Shown here one piece after another: positions 37,648-48,465 of a stretch of 64,000 nucleotides of DNA. The position numbers and the translations under genes are program-made. Within the stretch, counting starts at the first letter, position 1; each line of letters opens with the position of its first letter. The DNA is from Escherichia coli. Lineage in GTDB: Bacteria; Pseudomonadota; Gammaproteobacteria; Enterobacterales; Enterobacteriaceae. The notes beneath the pieces were generated by a model that did no database searches, had not been told where the DNA came from, and saw nothing but the letters and a program-made list of their open reading frames with translations. The stretch lies in the NCBI RefSeq assembly GCF_009931435.1, contig NZ_CP043414.1. One strand, written 5' to 3'.

Positions 37648-38670
37648 TTAAACCTCTGTAGAGCGGTTTCCGCTGGGTGAGTTATGCCTGTTGAAAAAAT
37701 CAACAATGGCGTGGAGCGCGACTGAGCGCATTGCGTCCTTTTCAAAAAGGATCTCATGGTACGCACCTTTAATTACCAGCGGTCGTCCCCCTTCGACAGG
37801 ATGGCCCGCAGCGGTGCGGAGTTCACAAAAACGGTCGTGCATGCGGTTATCCACCACGCGTTCCTCTTCAGCCTGCAAGAGAAGCGTTGGCGTGGCGTCA
37901 TCACCCGCACCGGCTAACACCTGTTCGCCAGCCAGAATACTTTCGCGTACCCAATGGTAGGTCGGCCCACCGACGCGAATCGTTGGGTCATCAGCATAGA
38001 AGCGTAAGTTACGTCGATATCGCTGTCTGCTGTGGGTCAGTACGTTGATAGCAAACGGCAACGCGCGCCAGCGCCCGGTGCCTATTGCATAGCCATCACG
38101 GAAACGTGGATGTGCTTCGGCCCAGTTAAGGAGCTGCCGCGCCATAAATGACGGCATACGAATCACGATCCCAAACATTGGCGCAGTTAGCGCAATGGCG
38201 TCACATACACCTGGATGGCGTTGCAGAAATAACGTGGAGATCGCACCGCCCATCGAATGTGCCAGTATATAGCGCTTACGCCACGGACCGGGCTGGACCT
38301 CCTGTTGCCAGAATGCCGCCAGATCATCAACATAATCATTAAAGCGATTAACATGCCCAAGATGCGGATCGGCTAACAGGCGACCGGAACGTCCCTGCCC
38401 GCGATGGTCGATGATTAAGACATCAAACCCCAAATGGAACAGGTCGTAGGCCAGTTCCGCATATTTTACGTAGCTCTCAATACGCCCCGGGCAGATGACT
38501 ATCACCCGGTCATGGTGCTGTGCGCGAAAACGGACAAAGCGCACCGGAATGTCATCTACACCAGTAAACTCTGCTTCATCACGCTGACGCCAGAAATCAG
38601 TCAGCGGTCCCATGGTAAAAGCAGCAAACGCGTTTTCTCTTGTTTCCCAGTCTTTTTGCTGCTGAAACAT
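37648..38670 (-). CDS. pldB: Lysophospholipase L2 PldB
   Basis: 340-aa ORF MFQQQKDWETRENAFAAFTMGPLTDFWRQRDEAEF...; GHSMGG lipase motif. Confidence 0.93.
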   Translation of the reverse strand: MFQQQKDWETRENAFAAFTMGPLTDFWRQRDEAEFTGVDDIPVRFVRFRAQHHDRVIVICPGRIESYVKYAELAYDLFHLGFDVLIIDHRGQGRSGRLLADPHLGHVNRFNDYVDDLAAFWQQEVQPGPWRKRYILAHSMGGAISTLFLQRHPGVCDAIALTAPMFGIVIRMPSFMARQLLNWAEAHPRFRDGYAIGTGRWRALPFAINVLTHSRQRYRRNLRFYADDPTIRVGGPTYHWVRESILAGEQVLAGAGDDATPTLLLQAEEERVVDNRMHDRFCELRTAAGHPVEGGRPLVIKGAYHEILFEKDAMRSVALHAIVDFFNRHNSPSGNRSTEV

Positions 38671-38780
38671 CGGGTAATCTGCCTCTTAAACCACGTAAAA
38701 TCGTTTTTTTAAGCGTGTCTGACACAACGCTGCGACAGTAGCGTATTGTGGCACAAAAATAGACACACCGGGAGTTCATC

Positions 38781-39401
38781 ATGACCTTAGAATGGTGGTT
38801 TGCCTACCTGCTAACATCAATCATTTTAAGCCTGTCGCCAGGCTCTGGTGCAATCAACACCATGACCACCTCGCTCAACCACGGTTATCGTGGTGCGATG
38901 GCGTCTATTGCTGGGCTTCAGACCGGACTGGCGATTCATATTGTGCTGGTTGGTGTGGGGTTGGGTACGCTATTTTCCCGCTCAGTGATTGCGTTTGAAG
39001 TGTTGAAGTGGGCAGGAGCAGCTTATTTGATTTGGCTGGGTATCCAGCAGTGGCGTGCTGCTGGCGCAATTGATCTTAAATCGCTGGCCTCAACCCAATC
39101 GCGCCGACATTTGTTCCAACGCGCAGTGTTTGTGAATCTCACCAATCCCAAAAGTATTGTGTTTCTGGCAGCACTTTTTCCACAATTCATCATGCCGCAA
39201 CAGCCGCAAGTTATGCAGTATGTAGTGCTCGGCGTCACCACCATTGTGGTCGATATTATTGTGATGATCGGTTACGCCACCCTCGCCCAACGGATCGCGT
39301 TATGGATAAAAGGGCCGAAACAGATGAAGGCATTGAATAAGATTTTCGGCTCGTTGTTTATGCTGGTGGGAGCGCTGTTAGCATCGGCGAGACATGCGTG
39401 A
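38781..39401 (+). CDS. rhtB: Homoserine / homoserine-lactone efflux protein RhtB
   Basis: 206-aa [41 protein letters not shown]...; LysE-family exporter. Confidence 0.93.
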   Translation: MTLEWWFAYLLTSIILSLSPGSGAINTMTTSLNHGYRGAMASIAGLQTGLAIHIVLVGVGLGTLFSRSVIAFEVLKWAGAAYLIWLGIQQWRAAGAIDLKSLASTQSRRHLFQRAVFVNLTNPKSIVFLAALFPQFIMPQQPQVMQYVVLGVTTIVVDIIVMIGYATLAQRIALWIKGPKQMKALNKIFGSLFMLVGALLASARHA

Positions 39402-39404
39402 AAA

Positions 39405-39445
39405 ATAATGTCGGATGCGGCGTAAACGCCTTATCCGACTTACTC
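39405..39445. repeat. REP element between rhtB and rhtC
   Basis: GTCGGATGCGGCGTAAACGCCTTATCCGAC palindromic REP motif. Confidence 0.65.
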
Positions 39446-39462
39446 TGATGACGCGTCTGGCA

Positions 39463-40083
39463 TCAACGCGAAATAATCAAATGAATACCAAATCCGGCAA
39501 ATAACGCCCCGGCAAAACCATCAATCCACTTCGCCAGACGTTGATAACCACGGCGCATTTGCGGCAGGGCAAACAGGCTGGCAACGACGGTAAACCACGC
39601 CAGTGTTTCGATAATAATCAACGCGAAAATGCCCCAGCGCTCAGTAGTGCCGACGTTATCGCCGACAAACAGCGAGAATACCGAACCAAAGTAGATAATC
39701 GCTTTCGGATTGGCGAGATTGGTCAGTAAGCCTTTCAGGAAACTGCGCCCGCTTTTTGCCAGTTCTACCTGTGGCGCAGGCGCAGAAACGACCTCTTTTT
39801 TCAGTGCGCTACGCAGCATCTGATAACCCATCCAGCAGAGATACAGGCCACCGCCCACCATAATCAGCGTATGCAGCCAGGCCATTTTTTCGATAATCAA
39901 ATGCAGGCCAAGCAACGCGATCCCTGCCCAGACCATTACGCCGCAGGTAATGCCCAGCACGCCCATCATCGCTTCTTTGCGCGAACGGCTAACGGCAGTC
40001 TGGGAGACAAAAAAGAAATCGGGACCGGGGCTCATAAGCGCCACAATGTGCACCATGGCGACGGTGAGGAATAACATCAACAT
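39463..40083 (-). CDS. rhtC: Threonine efflux protein RhtC
   Basis: 206-aa ORF MLMLFLTVAMVHIVALMSPGPDFFFVSQTAVSRSRKEAMMGVLG...; LysE family. Confidence 0.93.
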   Translation of the reverse strand: MLMLFLTVAMVHIVALMSPGPDFFFVSQTAVSRSRKEAMMGVLGITCGVMVWAGIALLGLHLIIEKMAWLHTLIMVGGGLYLCWMGYQMLRSALKKEVVSAPAPQVELAKSGRSFLKGLLTNLANPKAIIYFGSVFSLFVGDNVGTTERWGIFALIIIETLAWFTVVASLFALPQMRRGYQRLAKWIDGFAGALFAGFGIHLIISR

Positions 40084-40146
40084 ACAATTGACTCGCGGGG
40101 AAATCGTTTACGGAGTCTTCATCCTGGCACTTTTTTATGCTGCTGA

Positions 40147-41976
40147 CTACTCTTCGTCATCGCCATCGACATGCGCACGAATCAGCGCCATAAACGGTTT
40201 GCCAAAGCGTTCCAGCTTGCGCATCCCAACGCCGTTAACGCTGAGCATTTCGCTGGCGGTGATTGGCATCTGTTCCGCCATCTCAATCAAGGTCGCGTCG
40301 TTAAACACCACGTACGGCGGGACATTGCTTTCATCGGCAATCGATTTACGCAGTTTGCGTAATTTGGCGAACAGTTTGCGATCGTAATTGCCACCGAACG
40401 ATTTCTGCATCGCTTTCGGTTTGAGCGCCACAATACGCGGCACGGCAAGTTGTAAAGAGGATTCGCCGCGCAACACCGGGCGTGCGGCTTCTGTCAGTTG
40501 TAATGCCGAATGCTGGGCGATGTTTTGCGTCACCAGACCGAGATGAATCAACTGGCGGATTACGCTCACCCAGTGCTCATGACTTTTATCGCGGCCCATG
40601 CCGTAGACTTTCAGTTTGTCATGACCATAGTCGCGGATTCGCTGGTTATTCGCACCGCGAATCACTTCCACTACATAGCCCATACCAAAACGCTGATTCA
40701 CACGACCAATGGTGGAAAGCGCAATCTGCGCATCGGTTGAACCATCGTACTGTTTTGGCGGATCGAGACAGATATCGCAGTTCCCGCACGGCTCCTGCCG
40801 CCCTTCGCCAAAGTAATTCAGCAGCACCAGACGACGACAGGTTTGCGCCTCAGCAAACGCGCCCATCGCATTGAGTTTATGACGTTCGATATCCTGCAAC
40901 TGCCCCTGCGGTTTTTCTTCCAGGCAACGGCGCAGCCACGCCATATCGGCCGGATCGTAAAACAGCATCGCTTCCGCGGGCAGGCCATCACGCCCGGCGC
41001 GACCGGTTTCCTGATAATAGGATTCGATATTGCGTGGAATATCAAAGTGAACCACGAAGCGGACGTTAGGCTTGTTGATGCCCATGCCGAACGCTACCGT
41101 CGCCACCACAATTTGCAGGTCATCGCGCTGGAATTTTTCCTGCACGTCCGCACGGACATCGTTTTCAAGCCCGGCGTGATAAGCCGCTGCGCTGATACCC
41201 TTGCTTTGCAGACGCGCGGCGGTGTCTTCTACTTTCGCACGACTATTACAGTAAATAATCCCCGACTTACCGCGTTGTTCCTGCACGTAGCGCATCAGCT
41301 GATCGAGAGGTTTGAACTTCTCCATCAGCATGTAGCGAATATTCGGACGGTCAAAACTGCTGATTTGAATCAGCGGATCGTTCAGCCCCAGCAGGCGCAC
41401 GATATCCTGCCGCGTGGTGTCGTCGGCGGTGGCAGTCAGCGCCATAAACGGCAGCGTCGGAAAACGCTGACGCAGCTGACCGAGGGCAGCGTATTCCGGG
41501 CGGAAATCGTGGCCCCATTGGGAGATACAGTGCGCTTCATCAACGGCTAATAACACCGGATTCCAGTGCGCCAGATGCTCAAGGAAGTTATCCAGCATCA
41601 GGCGTTCCGGCGCGATATACAGCAGGCGGATTTGCCCGGTGCGGCAGCCTGTCATTACTTCAAGCTGCTGCTCGCGGGTTTGCGTCGAGTTAAGGCACGC
41701 CGCCGCCACGCCGTTGGCCTGTAGCTGATCCACCTGATCTTTCATCAACGAAATCAGTGGTGAAACAACCACGGTAAGACCGTTTAGCAGTAAGGCAGGA
41801 ATTTGATAGCAAAGGGATTTTCCGCCACCAGTGGGCATGACGACCAGGCAATCGCGACCGGAAAGTACGGTGTCGATAATCTCTTCCTGGCCGGGGCGAA
41901 ACTGTTGGTAGCCAAAGGTTTCTTGTAAAACCTGTTTAGCCCCGGACTCCAGATTCAACACTTCCGCCTGCGCCAC
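40147..41976 (-). CDS. recQ: ATP-dependent DNA helicase RecQ
   Basis: 609-aa [37 protein letters not shown]...; Walker [16 protein letters not shown] box; matches RecQ. Confidence 0.97.
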   Translation of the reverse strand: MAQAEVLNLESGAKQVLQETFGYQQFRPGQEEIIDTVLSGRDCLVVMPTGGGKSLCYQIPALLLNGLTVVVSPLISLMKDQVDQLQANGVAAACLNSTQTREQQLEVMTGCRTGQIRLLYIAPERLMLDNFLEHLAHWNPVLLAVDEAHCISQWGHDFRPEYAALGQLRQRFPTLPFMALTATADDTTRQDIVRLLGLNDPLIQISSFDRPNIRYMLMEKFKPLDQLMRYVQEQRGKSGIIYCNSRAKVEDTAARLQSKGISAAAYHAGLENDVRADVQEKFQRDDLQIVVATVAFGMGINKPNVRFVVHFDIPRNIESYYQETGRAGRDGLPAEAMLFYDPADMAWLRRCLEEKPQGQLQDIERHKLNAMGAFAEAQTCRRLVLLNYFGEGRQEPCGNCDICLDPPKQYDGSTDAQIALSTIGRVNQRFGMGYVVEVIRGANNQRIRDYGHDKLKVYGMGRDKSHEHWVSVIRQLIHLGLVTQNIAQHSALQLTEAARPVLRGESSLQLAVPRIVALKPKAMQKSFGGNYDRKLFAKLRKLRKSIADESNVPPYVVFNDATLIEMAEQMPITASEMLSVNGVGMRKLERFGKPFMALIRAHVDGDDEE

Positions 41977-42107
41977 ATTAACCCCGATTGCCTGAAATAA
42001 AAACAGGCGCTATTTTCAGCGCCTGCGCGAGAAACTGCAATGCTTTTAGTCTCTGAGAGGGTAATCCTGGATGCTGGATTCCAGTTTTGCCTTTCAATCA
42101 ACTCACA

Positions 42108-42977
42108 TTAGAACAAGTCGTTCAGCATAACCCCCACACCCACACGGGTCTGGTTAAAGTTATAGTCGATGAGCGATTCGCCATAACCGCTGTAAACCTG
42201 GGTATAAAGGCGCACATGCCTGGTGATCGGGTAACTTAAGCCTAACTCCGCACCACCGTAACCGGTGTTCCAGTTGTACTGTCCTTTCGCACTCAGCACC
42301 GCATCACCCAGGTGATAGCCGATTTTAAGCTGGTAGTAACCCATATATTTGGTGATATCTGGGTTATCGTCAGTATTCCCCACCACATACCACGGCTTCA
42401 CCTCTACCAGCCAGTTACCGTTTTCTGCCATCAGACGGGTATAAAGGCGGTTCCAGCTGCGGGAAGTCGGGTCTGAACGCCCGTTAGAGTCGTGGTTATA
42501 ACCCATCTCCACATCGCGCAGCGTCCAGCCAGCAAAGCGGTAATCTGTGGCAAAACCAAGGAACAATTGCGGTTCGTAGTTGGTTTCACGAAACGGTGAA
42601 GACTCTTCGCTATTGGACAGTTGCCACCAGGATTTTTGCGTGTAAGAAGCCCCCAACACCGAATTTGGCCCCAAGATTCCGCGCCACAGCGGAAATGCCA
42701 GGCTCAACTGGAATTTCACTTCATCCTTACGCGCGTTTTCCGCCCAGTCATAACTGGCAATCGCTTCTTTATTCAGATCGCTGGTTTGGGTGTAGATGAG
42801 GTAGTTGGTGTCATAAGGATAGAGCGTGAAAGGATTGTCATGCTCCTGCAGCATATTCGCAATAATACTGCCACGCACCGCAGGCGCGTCATGCACCTCT
42901 TTTACCGTTGCCTCTTGCGCATACACTGCCATTGGCAACATAAACACCGGCAACAACCAGCCCTGCAGAGTCCGCAT
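42108..42977 (-). CDS. pldA: Outer-membrane phospholipase A PldA
   Basis: 289-aa ORF MRTLQGWLLPVFMLPMAVYAQEATVKEVHDAPAVRG...; signal peptide; matches PldA. Confidence 0.95.
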   Translation of the reverse strand: MRTLQGWLLPVFMLPMAVYAQEATVKEVHDAPAVRGSIIANMLQEHDNPFTLYPYDTNYLIYTQTSDLNKEAIASYDWAENARKDEVKFQLSLAFPLWRGILGPNSVLGASYTQKSWWQLSNSEESSPFRETNYEPQLFLGFATDYRFAGWTLRDVEMGYNHDSNGRSDPTSRSWNRLYTRLMAENGNWLVEVKPWYVVGNTDDNPDITKYMGYYQLKIGYHLGDAVLSAKGQYNWNTGYGGAELGLSYPITRHVRLYTQVYSGYGESLIDYNFNQTRVGVGVMLNDLF

Positions 42978-43141
42978 CGGTCGTGTTCTCCGTAACGAAT
43001 TATTGATTAGATGAATATTTTTCTGCGGGCTATTTTACATACTTAACTCCTTTGCCGTTAGTTATCCCTTCCTAAAGTAGAAACCAACAAAAAAGAAGCA
43101 TAAAATCAACATTTCATTAACTAATGAAGTGTAAGGATGAT

Positions 43142-43609
43142 ATGTCTGCCGTACTGACCGCTGAACAAGCCCTGAAATTAGTGGGTGAGATGTTTGTTTA
43201 TCACATGCCATTTAACCGCGCATTGGGGATGGAACTGGAGCGTTACGAAAAAGAGTTCGCACAGCTGGCCTTTAAAAATCAGCCAATGATGGTGGGTAAC
43301 TGGGCGCAAAGCATTTTGCACGGCGGGGTCATTGCGTCGGCGCTGGATGTCGCCGCCGGTCTGGTGTGCGTGGGAAGTACCTTAACCCGCCACGAAACCA
43401 TCAGTGAAGATGAACTACGCCAGCGGCTATCGCGAATGGGGACCATTGATCTTCGCGTCGATTATCTGCGCCCAGGCAGGGGTGAGCGTTTTACTGCTAC
43501 CAGTAGTCTGTTGCGTGCGGGCAATAAAGTCGCCGTCGCCCGCGTTGAATTACACAATGAAGAACAGCTTTATATAGCCAGTGCCACCGCCACCTATATG
43601 GTAGGTTGA
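43142..43609 (+). CDS. yigI: Hotdog-fold acyl-CoA thioesterase YigI
   Basis: Track ORF 43124..43609 trimmed to [29 protein letters not shown]... (155 aa). Confidence 0.88.
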   Translation: MSAVLTAEQALKLVGEMFVYHMPFNRALGMELERYEKEFAQLAFKNQPMMVGNWAQSILHGGVIASALDVAAGLVCVGSTLTRHETISEDELRQRLSRMGTIDLRVDYLRPGRGERFTATSSLLRAGNKVAVARVELHNEEQLYIASATATYMVG

Positions 43610-43660
43610 TAACGTAAAAGCAGGTAAACTGCTTTTACCCATAAAAAATGAGTTTTGCCA

Positions 43661-44551
43661 ATGGACACCAAACAAACGCGGCAGGGCGTATTACTCGCTC
43701 TTGCCGCTTATTTTATTTGGGGTATTGCGCCAGCGTACTTCAAGCTGATTTACTACGTGCCCGCCGATGAGATCCTGACGCATCGCGTGATCTGGTCGTT
43801 TTTCTTTATGGTGGTGCTGATGAGCATTTGCCGCCAGTGGTCCTATTTAAAAACGCTGATTCAGACACCAAAGAAAATCTTCATGCTGGCCGTCTCTGCC
43901 GTGCTGATTGGTGGCAACTGGCTACTGTTTATCTGGGCGGTGAACAATCACCATATGCTGGAAGCGAGCCTTGGTTACTTTATTAACCCGCTGGTGAACA
44001 TTGTGCTGGGGATGATTTTCCTCGGCGAGCGATTCCGCCGGATGCAATGGCTGGCGGTGATTCTGGCGATATGTGGTGTATTGGTCCAGCTCTGGACTTT
44101 TGGTTCGCTGCCAATCATCGCGCTGGGGCTGGCGTTTAGTTTTGCCTTCTACGGCCTGGTACGCAAGAAAATTGCCGTTGAAGCGCAAACCGGCATGTTA
44201 ATCGAAACCATGTGGCTGCTGCCCGTGGCGGCGATTTACCTGTTTGCTATTGCCGACAGCTCAACCAGCCATATGGGGCAAAACCCGATGTCGCTGAATT
44301 TACTGCTGATCGCCGCCGGTATTGTCACCACCGTGCCACTGTTATGTTTTACCGCAGCAGCTACACGCTTACGACTCTCAACATTAGGCTTTTTCCAGTA
44401 CATTGGGCCGACGCTAATGTTCCTGTTGGCAGTGACGTTTTATGGTGAAAAACCGGGAGCCGATAAGATGGTGACTTTCGCCTTTATTTGGGTAGCGCTG
44501 GCAATTTTTGTGATGGATGCGATTTATACGCAGCGTAGAACGTCCAAATAA
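43661..44551 (+). CDS. rarD: EamA-family transporter RarD
   Basis: Track ORF 43655..44551 trimmed to MDTKQTRQGVLLALAAYFIWGIAPAYFKLIYYVPADEIL... Confidence 0.92.
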   Translation: MDTKQTRQGVLLALAAYFIWGIAPAYFKLIYYVPADEILTHRVIWSFFFMVVLMSICRQWSYLKTLIQTPKKIFMLAVSAVLIGGNWLLFIWAVNNHHMLEASLGYFINPLVNIVLGMIFLGERFRRMQWLAVILAICGVLVQLWTFGSLPIIALGLAFSFAFYGLVRKKIAVEAQTGMLIETMWLLPVAAIYLFAIADSSTSHMGQNPMSLNLLLIAAGIVTTVPLLCFTAAATRLRLSTLGFFQYIGPTLMFLLAVTFYGEKPGADKMVTFAFIWVALAIFVMDAIYTQRRTSK

Positions 44552-44854
44552 ATATATTCTGAAAAAATATGCCTGCTCTTGCATGAGAGTGGGCATATTG
44601 TCATGCTGACAGGATACTCACATAAGGAAAGGCAGAATTTCCAGACGTCGTTGTATATTTTCATTTGCTTTAATAAATTCCATTTTTGGTAAATTCAGCA
44701 TTATGTTATTAGCGATGAGCAAGACCAATCATTAACCAAGTTCTCTTCAGAATGTAATGAAAAATGTGAAGTGCATTTCTTTTTTAAAAATTTTTTACCC
44801 TATTATTTCTTATCAAATTAACATTGCCCTTAATTATAAGAAAGGAGAATATAA

Positions 44855-45703
44855 ATGAACAACATATTAGGCTCATCAATTAATATGCCCTGTACACTTT
44901 TCGAAACTATTACTTTATTCGATGATTTCTCTGCTGATGATATGCAGTATGGGGATATGGAAGAACAAGATTTTCTCTCACTCGGCTTAAGCGACATCTC
45001 TGCAAAAGTTGATCCTTACCGCCTCATTAAATACCATTTTCCTGGGCCGAATTCTACTTATGGTGCTTTTAGTATTCCAACTTCTGGAACAAAAATATCA
45101 CAAAGTGAATGTATTGATATTTTATTTGCAGAAATGAAAGATCTGGCAAAAATGTTTTCCTTTTTTGGACAATACAAAACACTCATCCAGGATCTGATTG
45201 ATCATTTTAGATATGGAAATGGCAACAGTTTCCATAGCCAGGAATTGAACTTATCTTTTCATGAACGAATAAACAAATATGATTATAATAGCCCAATACG
45301 TGTAATCAAAGAATGTATCGAAAATGATATTTCTTCAACACCTACGATAGGATACCGGCCTCTTCTCCTACAAAAGATTAAGACCGAATTACTTTCATCA
45401 AGACTAAATAAATTCAATGATTTTAAAGATAATTTTAATGGCCTGGGAATCAGCATTCATGATATCTCAGCTCAAAAAATATCTCTTTTAAATTTTCAAA
45501 AATATCCTATGGGCTGGAGCGCTACCATTCATTTCATAGCACAAGACCACTTTGGTTTGGATGTGACTGATATAAAAAACAAGATTTACAACAAGTATAG
45601 ATTTTTTCGCATATGGTTCTTTTTACAACGGCATAAAGACTTTGCTTTCAAACCTTTTTTTACCAATTTTAACACTATCGAAAGAATCGAAAATTATCTA
45701 TGA
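44855..45703 (+). CDS. Hypothetical protein, AT-rich accessory cassette gene A (282 aa, no recognisable domain)
   Basis: ORF MNNILGSSINMPCTLFETITLFDDFSADDMQYGDMEEQDF... preceded by strong RBS AAAGGAG; AT-rich codon usage; no signal peptide, no Walker motif. Confidence 0.6.
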   Translation: MNNILGSSINMPCTLFETITLFDDFSADDMQYGDMEEQDFLSLGLSDISAKVDPYRLIKYHFPGPNSTYGAFSIPTSGTKISQSECIDILFAEMKDLAKMFSFFGQYKTLIQDLIDHFRYGNGNSFHSQELNLSFHERINKYDYNSPIRVIKECIENDISSTPTIGYRPLLLQKIKTELLSSRLNKFNDFKDNFNGLGISIHDISAQKISLLNFQKYPMGWSATIHFIAQDHFGLDVTDIKNKIYNKYRFFRIWFFLQRHKDFAFKPFFTNFNTIERIENYL

Positions 45704-46197
45704 AAAGCAAACTCCAGAAAATTATATTATATTTATTTCTTCTATGCTGCATCTATAATTTATGGACATTGCGTCCTGTACAGATTTTGTATACATACTC
45801 TGATGCTGGCAATTCAGTCTTTCTGGTCGTTGATCATCTGCCATGGACTGATAGCGATAAAATAAATTGGTATCTGAAGCATCAGGATGAAATTAAAAGT
45901 CAAAATCCCCTACCAGAAGGTAGTTGGCATACCTGGTATGTTATTGATATCGGTAATGGCTTCACTGACTATAAAAAATATATCGAAGGGCCGTATGAAG
46001 ATCTCTACTGTTTCCCGACGATTAAGAGCAATGATAATTGCATCGTAAAAAACTATTTAATGGTTATTAATGAATATCCTTACCGTAATACTCATTTTTT
46101 TATTGCTGATAACAATGAGTATCAACTAACCCAGGAAAATAAGATAGAGCGAGTGTTCAACCCGCATGACTTTGAAAAAGACAATTTTCAGCAATAA
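45700..46197 (+). CDS. Hypothetical membrane-anchored/secreted protein, cassette gene B (165 aa)
   Basis: ORF MKSKLQKIILYLFLLCCIYNLWTLRPVQ... with N-terminal hydrophobic anchor; start overlaps gene A stop (ATGA); AT-rich. Confidence 0.6.
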   Translation: MKSKLQKIILYLFLLCCIYNLWTLRPVQILYTYSDAGNSVFLVVDHLPWTDSDKINWYLKHQDEIKSQNPLPEGSWHTWYVIDIGNGFTDYKKYIEGPYEDLYCFPTIKSNDNCIVKNYLMVINEYPYRNTHFFIADNNEYQLTQENKIERVFNPHDFEKDNFQQ

Positions 46198-46232
46198 GCC
46201 GGATAAAGAACAATCTTTACCCGGCATTTATA

Positions 46233-47183
46233 TTACAACCAGTTCTTCCGCTTAAAGTACAGATACGGTGCCAGGCCCGCGAGGATCATAAAGATAATCG
46301 CGCCTGGGTAGCCGAAGCTCCACTTCAGTTCCGGCATAAACTCAAAGTTCATCCCGTAGCTGGAAGCGACCAGCGTCGGTGGCAGGAACACCACGGATAC
46401 CACCGAGAAGATTTTGATGATGCGGTTCTGCTCGATATTGATAAAGCCCATCGCCGCCTGCATCAGGAAGTTCACCTTCTGGAACAGGGATTCGTTATGC
46501 GGCAGCAGGGATTCGATATCTCGCAGGATTTCACGCGCCTGTTCCAGTTGTCCACCCGGTAAACGCGCTTTACGCACCAGGAAATTGAGCGCACGCTGGG
46601 TATCCATAAGACACAGGCGAACTTTCCAGCCGATATCTTCCAGCTCCGCCAGTGTGGAGAGTGCTTCGTCGTACTCATCGCCCTGATGCCCTTCCATAAT
46701 TACCCGGCTCAACTGCTCCAGGTCGCTGTAGATATTTTCAATTTCATCTGCCAACTGTTCGATTTTGGTTTCGAACAGATCCAGCAGCAGCTCGTAGGCG
46801 TTACCGTCCACCATTGACTGGCTACGGGCACGCATACGATACAGACGAAAAGCGGGTAGCTCGCGCTCACGCAGGGTAAACAGGCGACCGTCGCGGATGG
46901 TAAATGCCACAGTGGAGTTACCGGCGTGATCTTCCGCATCTTCAAAGAAGAAGAAGGAGTGAATATGCAGGCCGTCATCGTCTTCAAAGAAACGCGCCGA
47001 TGCTTCGATGTCTTCCAGTTCTGGGCGTGTTGCCAGGCTCTGCCCAAGTTCAGATTGTACGCGCAGTCGCTCGTCGTCATCCGGTTCGACAAGATCAATC
47101 CATACTGCATTTACAAGGGGTTGTGACTCTTCGACTTCCAGCCGGGTCAGTCGGTTATTTTCCAGTTGAAATGCGCTCAGCAT
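46233..47183 (-). CDS. corA: Magnesium/cobalt transport protein CorA
   Basis: Track ORF 46233..47198 trimmed to [31 protein letters not shown]... (316 aa); C-terminal YGMNF motif. Confidence 0.95.
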   Translation of the reverse strand: MLSAFQLENNRLTRLEVEESQPLVNAVWIDLVEPDDDERLRVQSELGQSLATRPELEDIEASARFFEDDDGLHIHSFFFFEDAEDHAGNSTVAFTIRDGRLFTLRERELPAFRLYRMRARSQSMVDGNAYELLLDLFETKIEQLADEIENIYSDLEQLSRVIMEGHQGDEYDEALSTLAELEDIGWKVRLCLMDTQRALNFLVRKARLPGGQLEQAREILRDIESLLPHNESLFQKVNFLMQAAMGFINIEQNRIIKIFSVVSVVFLPPTLVASSYGMNFEFMPELKWSFGYPGAIIFMILAGLAPYLYFKRKNWL

Positions 47184-47552
47184 GACCGGGACTCCCAATG
47201 CTTAAAATATCGGACAGTTCGGTGGGCACACAGAAACAAATTGGGTTTCAGACCATTAAACAGCCTGACTCAGCGCGACGGGAAAAATTGAGGTCGCTGA
47301 CAACCGCTAAGGCTATCAGCAAAAAGGGATAGCCTTAGGAGTTGATCCTGGATGACAGGATAATGAGCCAGTATCTACTGGGTGTGTCCAAGGCGAATGT
47401 CCTCTTAGAGTGATCGTGCGCGCATGTTACGCCAGCAAAATTTTGCCGTCAACACGCAACAGAACACCACAGAACAATAGTTGAACTTCGCGCTTTTTGG
47501 TACTCGTCAAGGTCGCTAACAGGATAAAAAAATCCCACATCCAGGACCTATA

Positions 47553-48317
47553 ATGGCGCATCGGCTACTCATTGGTAAAGGAATGATCACCTTGAATCTC
47601 AAACGGATTTTTCTCGCCCTCACCTTACTTCCCTTGTTTGCTGTTGCCGCTGATGATTGCGCATTATCAGATCCGACACTGACCGTACAGGCGTATACCG
47701 TTAATCCTCAAACAGAGCGGGTGAAAATGTACTGGCAAAAAGCCAATGGCGAAGCGTGGGAAACGTTACATGCGCTGCTGACGGATATTAATAGTCAGGG
47801 TCAGGTGCAAATGGCGATGAACGGCAGCATATATGATGAAAGCTATGCGCCGCTCGGTTTGTACATCGAAAACGGTCAGCAGAAGGTGGCGTTAAATCTC
47901 GCTTCAGGTGAAGGGAATTTCTTTATCCGTCCTGGCGGTGTGTTTTATGTCGCGGGAGATAAAGTCGGCATCGTTCGTCTGGATGCCTTTAAAACCAGTA
48001 AAGAGATTCAGTTCGCGGTGCAGTCAGGGCCAATGTTGATGGAAAACGGCGTCATTAATCCGCGTATTCATCCCAACGTCGCCTCACGCAAAATTCGTAA
48101 CGGTGTTGGGATTAATAAACAAGGGAACGCCGTGTTTTTGTTGAGCCAGCAGGTGACAAATTTTTATGATTTTGCCTGTTATGCCAAAACGAAACTGAAC
48201 GTTGAGCAACTGCTTTATCTTGATGGCACGATTTCACATATGTATGTGAAAGGCGGGGCAATCCCGTGGCAACGCTATCCTTTTGTTACCATGATTTCCG
48301 TCGAGCAGAAAAGTTAA
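47553..48317 (+). CDS. yigE: Uncharacterised secreted protein YigE (DUF2233)
   Basis: 254-aa ORF with signal peptide ...RIFLALTLLPLFAVAADD...; matches remembered YigE. Confidence 0.85.
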   Translation: MAHRLLIGKGMITLNLKRIFLALTLLPLFAVAADDCALSDPTLTVQAYTVNPQTERVKMYWQKANGEAWETLHALLTDINSQGQVQMAMNGSIYDESYAPLGLYIENGQQKVALNLASGEGNFFIRPGGVFYVAGDKVGIVRLDAFKTSKEIQFAVQSGPMLMENGVINPRIHPNVASRKIRNGVGINKQGNAVFLLSQQVTNFYDFACYAKTKLNVEQLLYLDGTISHMYVKGGAIPWQRYPFVTMISVEQKS

Positions 48318-48349
48318 AACAACCGTTTTGTGTCACTGAATATGGTGCA

Positions 48350-48465
48350 GATGCCGGATGCGGCGCAAACGCCTTACCCGGCCTACATGACATTGCAATT
48401 TATTGAATCTACATGATTTTGTAGGCCGGATAAGGTGCGCAGCACCGCATCCGGCAACGTTATAC
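48350..48465. repeat. REP element cluster between yigE and uvrD
   Basis: GATGCCGGATGCGGCGCAAACGCCTTACCCGGCCTACA and TGTAGGCCGGATAAGGTGCGCAGCACCGCATCCGGCA motifs. Confidence 0.7.

Noticed and set aside
40843-41550. 235-aa + strand ORF inside recQ
   Set aside because: Antisense shadow ORF of recQ.
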